A stretch of 63,891 nt of DNA, filler included. It is 4 parts of 4 records of this genome, joined end to end, with 100 filler letters (N's around TTAATTAATTAA, not from the genome) between each part and the next. Parts side by side here need not be neighbours in the genome. Positions count along the whole stretch, not along the records: positions 51,653 to 63,891 come from DRR378314_1991; 3 more parts are not named here. One strand, 5' to 3'. Shown here piece by piece: positions 55,484-63,891 of the stretch; position 1 is the stretch's first letter, and every line of letters starts with the position of its first letter. The notes beneath the pieces were generated by a model. That model was not told the origin of the DNA and searched no databases. It saw only the letters and a list, made by a program, of their open reading frames with translations. The position numbers and the translations under genes are program-made.

Positions 55484-57646
55484 ATGCACAGTTCCCGCCT
55501 TCCGCTGACCCGCGATCTGGTCCTTGTGGGAAGCGGGCACACCCATGCGCTTCTGCTGCGGATGTGGGGAATGAATCCCCTGCCGGGCGTGCGCCTCACC
55601 CTCATCAATCCCGGCCCAACCGCGCCCTACTCCGGCATGTTGCCGGGCTTCGTGGCCGGGCACTACACGCGCGAGGCGCTGGATATCGACCTTGTGAAAC
55701 TGGCGCGCTTTGCCGGCGCGCGCCTGATCCTTGGCGCTGCCGAACAGATCGACCCGGCCACCAAGCGCATTGCCGTCCCCGGACGGCCCGACATCGCGTA
55801 TGACGTCGCCTCCATCGACATCGGCATCACCTCTGCGATGCCGGATCTGCCCGGTTTCGCCGATCACGCCATCCCCGCAAAACCACTCGGCATGTTAGCT
55901 TCCGCATGGGAGGCATTTCGCGCCGACAGTTCTGCCGCACGTATCGCCTGCATCGGTGGAGGTGTCGCCGGGGCGGAGCTGATCCTCGCCATGTCTCACG
56001 CGCTGCGCCAGCACAATCGCCTGACGCAGGCCACGCTGATCGACAGCGATATGGCCCTGTCCGCGTTGGGAGAGCAAAGCCGGTCCCGCCTGCGCGCCGC
56101 ACTTGAAACCCATGGCGTCACCTTGCTGGAGCAGACCAGGATTGATCGGCTGACAGAGGGCGAAATCCACCTTGAGGACGGCCATGTCCTTCTCAGCGAT
56201 TTCACTGTCGGGGCCGCCGGTGCGCGTGCCTATGGCTGGCTTGGCTCCTCCGGCCTCGAACAACACGATGGCGCGCTTGTGGTGGATTCAAACCTGCAAA
56301 CCTCTGACGCTCATGTCTTTGCCGCCGGCGATTGCGCCTATATGGCCCGGACGCCACGCCCAAAGGCCGGGGTTTACGCGGTGCGACAGGCGCCAATTCT
56401 CTTTCACAACCTCAGAGCCATGCTGAGCGGTGGCACCCTGAAAGACTATCATCCGCAAAAAGACTACCTGAAGCTGATCTCCATGGGCGGCAAGACAGCG
56501 CTCGCGGATCGCAATGGGCGCAGTTTCTCCGGCGCATTGCTGTGGCGGTGGAAGGATCACATTGACCGCAAGTTCATGGCGAAATTCGACACTCTGCCGG
56601 AAATGACACCGCCCCCCTTGCCTCGCCTTCGCGCCACAGGACTGGAGGAGGCGCTCGGTGCAAAACCGATGTGTGGCGGTTGTGGCTCAAAGGTCGGACG
56701 CGACAGCCTGCACCGGGGGCTTGGCAGCTATACGGGCGCAGCAAGAGCCGACGTGACACCCCTGCCCGGCGATGACGCGGCGCAGCTGCTGACCGGGGGT
56801 GCGATCCAGGTAATCAGTACCGATCACCTGCGCGCCTTCACCGAAGATCCGGTGACCATGACCCGCATCACCGCGCAGCACGCGCTGAACGACATCTGGG
56901 CCATGGGCGCCCGCCCGCAAGCCGCGACTGTCACCCTGATCCTGCCGCGCCAGACACCGGACTTGCAAGAGCGCCTTCTCGGCGAGATCATGAGTGCCGC
57001 GGATCAGGAGATGACACGCGCGGGCGTGGCCATCGTTGGTGGACATACCTCGCTCGGTGAGGAGCTGACGCTTGGCTTTACCATCACCGGTCTATGCGCT
57101 TCCGCCCCACTCACACTGGCAGGCGCCCAAGCGGGGAATCACCTGATCCTGACCAAGCCACTGGGATCCGGAACTATTCTTGCCGCAGAAATGACAGGTC
57201 AGGCACGGGGACACTGGGTGGCCGACGCGCTTGACCTGATGTGTCAGAGCCAACGCAAGGCCGCCGAGGTGCTGTCTGCACAAGCCCATGCCATGACCGA
57301 TGTGACCGGCTTTGGCCTGCTGGGGCATCTGCAGGGAATGTGCGAGGCCTCTCATCTGGGGGCCGAAATCCGCTTTGACGCGATCCCCACGATGCGCGGC
57401 GCCCCGGAATTGGCAGAGGCCGGGGTGCGGTCCACCATATTCGACGACAACGCCGCCTTGTTGCCCGGCATTGGCACTGCCGGCGCACGCGCGCTGCTGT
57501 TCGACCCGCAAACCTCAGGCGGATTGCTGGCCGCAGTGCCCTCAGATCAATCAGAGCGGCTCTTGGACCAATTGCGAAACCACGGCTATTGCGCGGCTGA
57601 GATCGGCGTCATGCGTGGTGCGGGCGAAGGGATCGTTCTGCGATGA
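55484..57646 (+). CDS. selD: Selenide, water dikinase SelD fused to an N-terminal FAD/NAD oxidoreductase
   Basis: GSGHTH, YSGMLPG, GGGVAG and AAGD in the N-terminal part; CGGCGSK, GDDAA, TDVTGFGL and DPQTSGGLL in the SelD part. Confidence 0.93.
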   Translation: MHSSRLPLTRDLVLVGSGHTHALLLRMWGMNPLPGVRLTLINPGPTAPYSGMLPGFVAGHYTREALDIDLVKLARFAGARLILGAAEQIDPATKRIAVPGRPDIAYDVASIDIGITSAMPDLPGFADHAIPAKPLGMLASAWEAFRADSSAARIACIGGGVAGAELILAMSHALRQHNRLTQATLIDSDMALSALGEQSRSRLRAALETHGVTLLEQTRIDRLTEGEIHLEDGHVLLSDFTVGAAGARAYGWLGSSGLEQHDGALVVDSNLQTSDAHVFAAGDCAYMARTPRPKAGVYAVRQAPILFHNLRAMLSGGTLKDYHPQKDYLKLISMGGKTALADRNGRSFSGALLWRWKDHIDRKFMAKFDTLPEMTPPPLPRLRATGLEEALGAKPMCGGCGSKVGRDSLHRGLGSYTGAARADVTPLPGDDAAQLLTGGAIQVISTDHLRAFTEDPVTMTRITAQHALNDIWAMGARPQAATVTLILPRQTPDLQERLLGEIMSAADQEMTRAGVAIVGGHTSLGEELTLGFTITGLCASAPLTLAGAQAGNHLILTKPLGSGTILAAEMTGQARGHWVADALDLMCQSQRKAAEVLSAQAHAMTDVTGFGLLGHLQGMCEASHLGAEIRFDAIPTMRGAPELAEAGVRSTIFDDNAALLPGIGTAGARALLFDPQTSGGLLAAVPSDQSERLLDQLRNHGYCAAEIGVMRGAGEGIVLR

Positions 57647-57789
57647 CGGCGCAAGTCAGGGTGCGGCTTGATGGGTCTTTCCCCTGATGGACATCAAAGA
57701 TGTAGAACACACCATGCCCCCTTCAAAGATGTCTCATTGTCAGGCTGTAGGCCAACAGACCGGTGGCTCAGGATCAATCGACCCTGCCC

Positions 57790-58848
57790 CTAACGGCCAA
57801 ACCTCTGCAGAAGAGTCATGATCTGCTCTGCAGCAGCAAGCCGATCCTGCGGTGCGAGCCCCTTTAGCGACAGACGCCCCAGCCCGTCGACCTCATAGCG
57901 CGCGCGTGCCTTGCGATAAGCGGGGTCATAGTGGTCAGCCATCAGCCGCGCCGTCAGCCCTCGTTTATCCCCGGCCTCGATCAGCGAGATCCAACCATCC
58001 ACAACCGCATGAGAGCGGTGCGTCCGCAACGGATCGAGCTGCGCCCGCAAACGTTCCGCATCCGAGAGGATGTCGTCATAGGCCTCGACCAGATAGTCGC
58101 AGCGGGCCTCAAACGGGGCCTCCACATCTATGCGGGGCGCGGTCTTCATCGCCTCCCACAGGCTGGGTGGCAGGATGCGCGCGCCGATCGTGCTGGCCTC
58201 CGCTTCCACAAGAACCGGACGCGTCGGGTCCGTGCCTGCAAGAGCGCAGGCGATATAGCTCTCGAACCGTTTCTGGCTGGGTTGCCCCCCGGGCCGCGCA
58301 CCAAGAAGAGAGCCCCGATGACGCGCCAATCCCTCCAGATCCAAAACCTGTCCGCCAAGGCGTTCAACCGCCTGCAAGATCTCGGTCTTGGCAGTCCCGG
58401 TCAGCCCGTCCAGCAGCACCAACTGATGCGGCAGTGATGTCTCATAGAGGGCCGCATGCACCAACCGGCGATAACTCTGATAGCCGCCCTGAACCACCTC
58501 GGCGCGCCAGCCAATCTGGCTCAGCATCCAGGTAAAACTGCCGGACCGCTGCCCGCCACGCCAGCAATAGACCAGAGGACGCCATCCCCCCTCATAGGCG
58601 CTCAGGCTGTGCTCTATGTGGTTGGCCGCGTTGCGAAACACCATCGCAGCACCAATCTTGCGTGCGCGAAAGGAACTCTCCTGCACATATATCGTGCCGA
58701 CCTCGGCGCGTTCATCATTGTCCAGCACAGGCAGGTTGGTGGCGCCGGGCACATGGTCCTCGGCATATTCAGCAGGGCTGCGCACATCGATCACGGTGTC
58801 GTGCCCATGCGCAAGAAAATCGGAAAGTGTTTGAAAGGTCAGAGCCAT
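57790..58848 (-). CDS. mnmH: tRNA 2-selenouridine synthase
   Basis: Rhodanese IDVRSP and YCWRGGQRS; P-loop GLTGTAKT; LEGLARHRGS and QPSQK. Confidence 0.95.
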   Translation of the reverse strand: MALTFQTLSDFLAHGHDTVIDVRSPAEYAEDHVPGATNLPVLDNDERAEVGTIYVQESSFRARKIGAAMVFRNAANHIEHSLSAYEGGWRPLVYCWRGGQRSGSFTWMLSQIGWRAEVVQGGYQSYRRLVHAALYETSLPHQLVLLDGLTGTAKTEILQAVERLGGQVLDLEGLARHRGSLLGARPGGQPSQKRFESYIACALAGTDPTRPVLVEAEASTIGARILPPSLWEAMKTAPRIDVEAPFEARCDYLVEAYDDILSDAERLRAQLDPLRTHRSHAVVDGWISLIEAGDKRGLTARLMADHYDPAYRKARARYEVDGLGRLSLKGLAPQDRLAAAEQIMTLLQRFGR

Positions 58849-58967
58849 GCCCCATCTCTACTCTCACAGCCGGGGCAACAAAACAGAAATTCGCCGGACT
58901 GACGCCGCCACCCGACTGATTTTGCCGAGATAGGGACACGACCCAGAGCCGCGAACGGAACACTCAG

Positions 58968-59441
58968 ATGCCCGATCCCGAATTGGAAATCGCCACCCTG
59001 CCTGCCACGCTGATCCGGCGCCTGCATCAGATCTCGGTGGCGCGGTTTGCGACAGTCATGAGCGCCGCCGGGCTCGATCTGACGCCAGTGCAATACACCG
59101 CGATCGCCGCACTGGATGCAAGGCCCGGCATAGATCAGGCGACCCTCTCCGGATTGATCGGATATGACAGGGCGACTCTGGGCAAGGTCGTGGAGCGGCT
59201 GGAAATCAAACAGCTCGTGCAGCGTGACATCTGCCCCGAGGACCGCCGCGCCCGCCGCCTGCGCCTGACGGAACGGGGACAGTCCCTGTTTGCCGCAGCC
59301 CGTCCCAATGTGGAGGCCATCCAGCCGGAGATCCTGTCTAACCTGCCGCCAGAAGAGCGTGAGGCGTTGGTGCGGCTCCTGACCAAGGCGACGGATGTGG
59401 ACGCACGCGGCGCTCCTTATGATGCGGATCGCCCAAGCTGA
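58968..59441 (+). CDS. MarR family regulator
   Basis: LIRRLHQ, LTPVQY and DRRARRLRLT motifs. Confidence 0.92.
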   Translation: MPDPELEIATLPATLIRRLHQISVARFATVMSAAGLDLTPVQYTAIAALDARPGIDQATLSGLIGYDRATLGKVVERLEIKQLVQRDICPEDRRARRLRLTERGQSLFAAARPNVEAIQPEILSNLPPEEREALVRLLTKATDVDARGAPYDADRPS

Positions 59442-59540
59442 CGCCTCATCACGGGCGCACGTTCAAAAGTCTGCGCCGCACGTCCATTGATGTCGCATAC
59501 TTTGTCACGTGATCACCCGGCCTCCGGGCAGATATTCTTA

Positions 59541-59843
59541 TCAACCGCGCTTGCGCGCGATGTCGATCCGCGCCTCCATCATGGACATATCCGCAATGAT
59601 CTGACGACGTTTGCTGCGATCCCCGGTGTCGCGCAGCTCTTCTCGCAGGCGTGCCAATTCTCGGCTCAGGGACACCACTTCCGGAACCGCTCCATTCTCT
59701 TTCATGATCCGGTTCATCACCGCGTTCTCGGGGTCCTCGCACTGCGGCAGCGGTTTGCCTGCCCCGTCAAGGTTGTCGAAGGCCCCGTCCCGCTCAGCAG
59801 CTTCAATCCGGGCATTAATAAGGTCGATCAGCGGATGGTCCAT
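59541..59843 (-). CDS. DUF1992 protein
   Basis: GAFDNLDGAGKPL and IMKENGAVP motifs. Confidence 0.88.
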   Translation of the reverse strand: MDHPLIDLINARIEAAERDGAFDNLDGAGKPLPQCEDPENAVMNRIMKENGAVPEVVSLSRELARLREELRDTGDRSKRRQIIADMSMMEARIDIARKRG

Positions 59844-60035
59844 AGGGGCAAGATAGACGGAGGACCGCCGGCAGGCAACGCCATACCCAAGGCACCCTCA
59901 CGTGGAGGTCTCACGTTAAGGAGCCGTTCGGCGACATGCGATGCACAGTCACGTCTCTGTCATCCATGCAACCGAATGTGTTGTGATAACTGCTTATCCA
60001 CTACGTTGCCTCGATCAACATTCACAGCGACCGAA

Positions 60036-60509
60036 ATGAAACATCAAATCAACTTCGCCCGCCTACCTGACATAGAACCCGACGAGATCATTGCTCACAT
60101 GTCCGACCCACGCGTCGCCGAGCACATGCCTCTCCTGACATTCAAGTGGGACAAGTCCGCGGTGGCCAAATTTGTCGCAGCAAAGGAAGAATGCTGGAGC
60201 CGGGATGGGCTCGGCCACTGGGCCATATTGTCGGATAAGACATATGTTGGATGGGGGGGATTTCAGAAGGAAGGGGACGAGTGGGATTTCGGCTTGGTTC
60301 TCACGCCACAATCCTTCGGGCTTGGCGCGCGCATTTCAAAGCAGGCTATCGACTTCGCCCGCGCCGACGAACGCATTCCTTTTGTGACTTTTCTCCTGCC
60401 TCCGTCGCGTCGGAACCTCGGTGCGCTCGACCGGCTTGGAGCCGTGTTCGTCGCTGAGCAGGAGTATGACGGTGAAACATTCCTTAAATTTCGGCTAGAA
60501 ACCGAGTGA
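60036..60509 (+). CDS. GNAT (RimJ/RimL-like) acetyltransferase
   Basis: GLGHWAI, VGWGG and GLG motifs; ATG at 60036 preferred over the longer ORF. Confidence 0.8.
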   Translation: MKHQINFARLPDIEPDEIIAHMSDPRVAEHMPLLTFKWDKSAVAKFVAAKEECWSRDGLGHWAILSDKTYVGWGGFQKEGDEWDFGLVLTPQSFGLGARISKQAIDFARADERIPFVTFLLPPSRRNLGALDRLGAVFVAEQEYDGETFLKFRLETE

Positions 60510-60535
60510 CGGCTTCGCCCCGCGCCGCGGTCAAT

Positions 60536-60573
60536 AGAAACCCCCGCCGGATCTCTCCGACGGGGGCTGAAAA
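60536..60573. terminator. Intrinsic terminator between convergent genes
   Basis: CCCCCGCCGGA/TCCGACGGGGG stem with a minus-strand T tail. Confidence 0.65.
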
Positions 60574-60590
60574 CGCACTGTTAGACGGGC

Positions 60591-62171
60591 TTATTTCTTG
60601 GTGATGCGGCCATCGGTATAGGCGCTGTAGGGGCCGACTTCGGCGAGGTATTCGGCAACCACATCGGCCAGGTCGGGGCCGTAGTCGTAGGCGTTCTTGT
60701 CGTCGCCTGCGAACATCTTGTAGCCGTCGCCACCGTTGCGCACGTAGTTGTTGGACACCACGCCGTAGGTTTTGGCAGGATCAATCGCGACCCAAGACTC
60801 TCCGTCCATGACCATGACCTCAGAGATACGCGCGCCCGGCTCTTTGGACGCGTCAAAGGCGAATTTCATCCCCGCCACTTGCGGGAAGCGACCCGCGCCC
60901 TCTTCGATCTGACCAACACCGTTTTCCAGCGCGTCGATCATCGCCTGACCGGAGACCTCAAAGGTAGACAGTGTGTTCTGGAACGGCAGCACGCTCAAGA
61001 CTTCGCCCATGGTGACTTCGCCCGCGTCGATGGAGGAGCGCAGACCGCCGCCATTCTGAATTGCCAAGCTCACGCCCTGATCTTTCACCCGCGCAAGCAT
61101 CGCATCGGCAACCAGATTGCCCATGGAGCACTCACCTGCCCGGCAGACATCGCGCGAACCATCAACGATATCCTTGGTTTCCGCAACGATCCGGGTTTTC
61201 ATTTCCTCGATCGGCGCGCCCATTTCCTTGATGCGTGCTGTCATCTCCGCATCCGGTGTCACCGATGCATCCAGAAGGATCGGCTCACCCTCAGCTGAGA
61301 CGACATTGCCCTCATCGTCAAAGGTCACGGTCAACTCACCGAGGTATTTGGAATAGGCATAGGCCTGCACCACCGGCACATCGCCAACCATGGTAGGGTA
61401 CGGACCAGCGGCGCGATCAGAGGTGTTGGACAGCAGCGTGTGCGAATGGCCGCCCACCACCAGATCCAGCCCCGGAACCTGCTCGGCAATCTCCATATCC
61501 TTGGCGAGCCCCACATGGGTCAGCGCGATGATCTTGTTCACACCTTCCGCTTGCAGCGCTTCGACATCGGCGGCCAAGCTGTCGATTTCATCCTGAAACA
61601 CAACATTCGGCCCTGGCGAGGAGGTCTCGACCGTATCGGTCGCAAGTGCGGAGATGATGCCGATCTTCTCGCCTCCGACCTCAAGCACCACATGATTGCC
61701 GACCTTGCCCTTCAAGAGCGGCTCGGAGGTCAGGTCAAGATTGCCTGAGATCACCGGAAAGGACACGGTGTCGACGAATTTCTCAAGACCAGCCGGGCCA
61801 TCGTCGAATTCATGGTTGCCAACGGCCATCACATCATAGCCGATGTCCTCCATGAACTCAGCCTCAGCCGCGCCTTTGTAGGTGGTGTAGAAGAGCGACC
61901 CCTGAAACGGATCGCCTGCATCCAGAAGAACGACGTTCTGACCTTCCAGCGCACCGCGCATCTCGTCCACCTTGGCCTTCACGCGCGCGATGCCGCCAAA
62001 GCACTTGCCCTCGGCCTCATCGTCTGCGCCGCAGGTGGAATCATACTTGTTGATCGACTCGATGCGGCTGTGAATGTCGTTGGTGTGCAGAATGGTCAGC
62101 TTATAGTCCGCTGCGGCCATGCCAGCGGTCAGACCCAGCGCTGCTGCCGACGTCAGTAAACGTGAAATCAT
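60591..62171 (-). CDS. Periplasmic 5'-nucleotidase/metallophosphoesterase
   Basis: Signal peptide; HTNDIH, DAGD, GNHEFD, GGHSH and NGGGLR motifs. Confidence 0.95.
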   Translation of the reverse strand: MISRLLTSAAALGLTAGMAAADYKLTILHTNDIHSRIESINKYDSTCGADDEAEGKCFGGIARVKAKVDEMRGALEGQNVVLLDAGDPFQGSLFYTTYKGAAEAEFMEDIGYDVMAVGNHEFDDGPAGLEKFVDTVSFPVISGNLDLTSEPLLKGKVGNHVVLEVGGEKIGIISALATDTVETSSPGPNVVFQDEIDSLAADVEALQAEGVNKIIALTHVGLAKDMEIAEQVPGLDLVVGGHSHTLLSNTSDRAAGPYPTMVGDVPVVQAYAYSKYLGELTVTFDDEGNVVSAEGEPILLDASVTPDAEMTARIKEMGAPIEEMKTRIVAETKDIVDGSRDVCRAGECSMGNLVADAMLARVKDQGVSLAIQNGGGLRSSIDAGEVTMGEVLSVLPFQNTLSTFEVSGQAMIDALENGVGQIEEGAGRFPQVAGMKFAFDASKEPGARISEVMVMDGESWVAIDPAKTYGVVSNNYVRNGGDGYKMFAGDDKNAYDYGPDLADVVAEYLAEVGPYSAYTDGRITKK

Positions 62172-62359
62172 AGGATAAACCCTCACCTTGTTATGCCACC
62201 TCTACCGGCGGTTGTTATGGTCTCAGTATTCGTGATCTTTGCCCAAACAGTCAAAAACAAACTTACGTGACACCGCGATGTAGACGCAGGGGAAACTTTG
62301 CGCTGCCCTTCGCATAAGCACTCTTGCGCAAAGGGGGCGTCTGAGGGCATGAGGTGGCC

Positions 62360-62698
62360 ATGCTGATTTACAAGATTTTCCGTGACGACGAATGGCGCGC
62401 CTTTGAGGCCGCCGGTGAAACCGATGGCGCGCCCGTGGACCTTGCGGACGGCTTTATCCATTTCTCGACCGCCCCGCAGGCGGCAGAAACCGCAGCCAAG
62501 CATTTCGCGGATGCCGAAGGGCTGTGGCTTCTGGCGTTTGAGGCGGATCAGATGGGCGATGCGCTCAAATGGGAGCCGTCACGCGGTGGCGCACTGTTCC
62601 CGCATCTCTATCGCCGGCTGCAACATGCGGAACTGATCTGGGCCAAACCGCTGCCGCTGGTTGAGGGCGTTCACCGCTTTCCCGCAGAAATGGTCTGA
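62360..62698 (+). CDS. DUF952 protein
   Basis: IYKI, DGFIHFS and FPHLY motifs. Confidence 0.9.
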   Translation: MLIYKIFRDDEWRAFEAAGETDGAPVDLADGFIHFSTAPQAAETAAKHFADAEGLWLLAFEADQMGDALKWEPSRGGALFPHLYRRLQHAELIWAKPLPLVEGVHRFPAEMV

Positions 62699-62731
62699 GC
62701 GCGCCGACGCGCAACAAAGGAGGCACGGCCG

Positions 62732-63790
62732 ATGAAGCTGTCCGAAAAACTGGCGCTGGCCGTGATGCATCGCCTTGATCCCGAAACCGCGCATGGGCTG
62801 TCCATCAAGGCCCTGAAATCCGGTCTCACGCCCTGCCCCGGCGCGGTGACATCGCCACGCCTGAAGACAGAGATTGCCGGTCTGACCCTGCCCAATCCGG
62901 TCGGGCTGGCGGCAGGGTTTGACAAGAACGCCGAGGCACTCTGCGCGCTCACTCAGGCCGGTTTCGGGTTTATCGAGGTGGGGGCCGCAACCCCGCGCCC
63001 ACAACCGGGCAATCCCAAACCGCGCCTGTTTCGCCTGAGCGAAGATCGCGCGGCGATCAATCGTTTCGGCTTTAACAACGAGGGTATGGAGGCGGTTGGC
63101 GCGCGCCTTGCTCAGCGGCCCAAGGATGGTGTGATCGGCCTCAACCTCGGCGCGAACAAAGACAGCGATGACCGCGCGCAGGATTTTGCCCGCGTCCTGA
63201 GCCATTGCGGCGCGCATCTGGACTTTGCCACCGTCAATGTCTCCTCTCCCAACACCGAAAAGCTGCGTGATCTGCAGGGCAAGGCTGCCCTTTCGGCGCT
63301 ATTGGCAGGGGTCATGGAGGCACGAGAGAGCCTGAACCACCCGATCCCGGTGTTTCTCAAAATTGCACCCGACCTGGATGAGGCAGGTCTTGATGATATC
63401 GCTGATGTCGCGCGCGAGAGCGGGATTGATGCGGTGATTGCAACCAATACGACGCTTGCCCGCGATGGCCTACAAAACGCGTACCGCGACGAAATGGGCG
63501 GGCTCTCCGGCGCACCATTGTTTGAAAAATCCACCCGGGTGCTGGCACAGCTCTCCACCCGGCTTGACGGAGCCGTGCCGATCATCGGTGTGGGCGGAAT
63601 TTCCTCGGCTGAGGACGCCTATGCCAAGATCCGAGCGGGTGCATCAGCGGTGCAGTTTTATACCGCGCTGGTCTATGGCGGCCTGTCACTTGCAGCAGAG
63701 ATCGCCAATGGCCTTGATGGGCTTCTGGCGCGCGACGGACATGACAGTGTCGCGCAAGCGGTTGGCAGAGATCGCGCAACTTGGCTCTAG
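62732..63790 (+). CDS. pyrD: Quinone-dependent dihydroorotate dehydrogenase
   Basis: AAGFDKN, NVSSPNT, KIAPD and GGLSG motifs. Confidence 0.97.
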   Translation: MKLSEKLALAVMHRLDPETAHGLSIKALKSGLTPCPGAVTSPRLKTEIAGLTLPNPVGLAAGFDKNAEALCALTQAGFGFIEVGAATPRPQPGNPKPRLFRLSEDRAAINRFGFNNEGMEAVGARLAQRPKDGVIGLNLGANKDSDDRAQDFARVLSHCGAHLDFATVNVSSPNTEKLRDLQGKAALSALLAGVMEARESLNHPIPVFLKIAPDLDEAGLDDIADVARESGIDAVIATNTTLARDGLQNAYRDEMGGLSGAPLFEKSTRVLAQLSTRLDGAVPIIGVGGISSAEDAYAKIRAGASAVQFYTALVYGGLSLAAEIANGLDGLLARDGHDSVAQAVGRDRATWL

Positions 63791-63803
63791 TCACCCAAGG
63801 AAG

Positions 63804-63891
63804 CCGGGGGCGCTCCCGCCCGTCAGGGATGCTTTAAAAAGCCCCCCTTCCCGTTGGGCCCGGCAGGCCGCGCCAAAGGCGCGGCCTGCCC
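63804..63891. repeat. Palindromic intergenic element (REP/MITE-like)
   Basis: Nested inverted repeats plus a 13-bp stem GGCAGGCCGCGCC/GGCGCGGCCTGCC; single copy in this window. Confidence 0.45.

Noticed and set aside
56660-56695. Possible selenocysteine in the SelD active site
   Set aside because: Both positions are TGT (Cys); there is no in-frame UGA
57684-57697. FNR-like CTGAT-N4-ATCAA
   Set aside because: One mismatch and located between convergent gene ends, with no promoter context
59487-60035. Long N-terminal extension of the GNAT ORF
   Set aside because: Overlaps the DUF1992 gene antisense; the real start is likely ATG 60036

Overview
The window is four assembly contigs joined by artificial 100-bp N/TTAATTAATTAA linkers (26359-26458, 42737-42836, 51553-51652), so gene adjacency across the linkers means nothing. 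Contigs 1, 2 and 4 are core chromosome of Roseobacter-group (Rhodobacterales) bacteria. Contig 1 carries mcd, the rpoZ-spoT-pdxJ-acpS-lepB-rnc-era-recO cluster, folK, ispH, rnhA, a def-def-def-fmt operon, patB, a desaturase and cobCD. Contig 2 carries the aspS end, mce, rimO, asmA, kpsT-kpsE-kdsA-pmm, a uracil-DNA glycosylase and an SseB-family gene. Contig 4 carries the Mrp/Pha antiporter, an oxidoreductase-SelD fusion, mnmH, a 5'-nucleotidase and pyrD. Contig 3 (tRNA-Trp-secE-nusG-rplKAJL-rpoBC) is visibly lower in GC and its proteins do not look Rhodobacterales-like, so it probably comes from a different alphaproteobacterium. I found no prophage, transposase, CRISPR array or defence island. 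The most interesting signals are a third peptide deformylase with degenerate catalytic motifs but an intact ribosome-docking tail, CtrA boxes ahead of atypical orphan response regulators, an FnrL box ahead of a small Cys-rich protein, a single-chain tandem HxlR regulator, and the selenouridine locus attached to the Mrp operon. All assignments come from motif recognition only; no searches were run.
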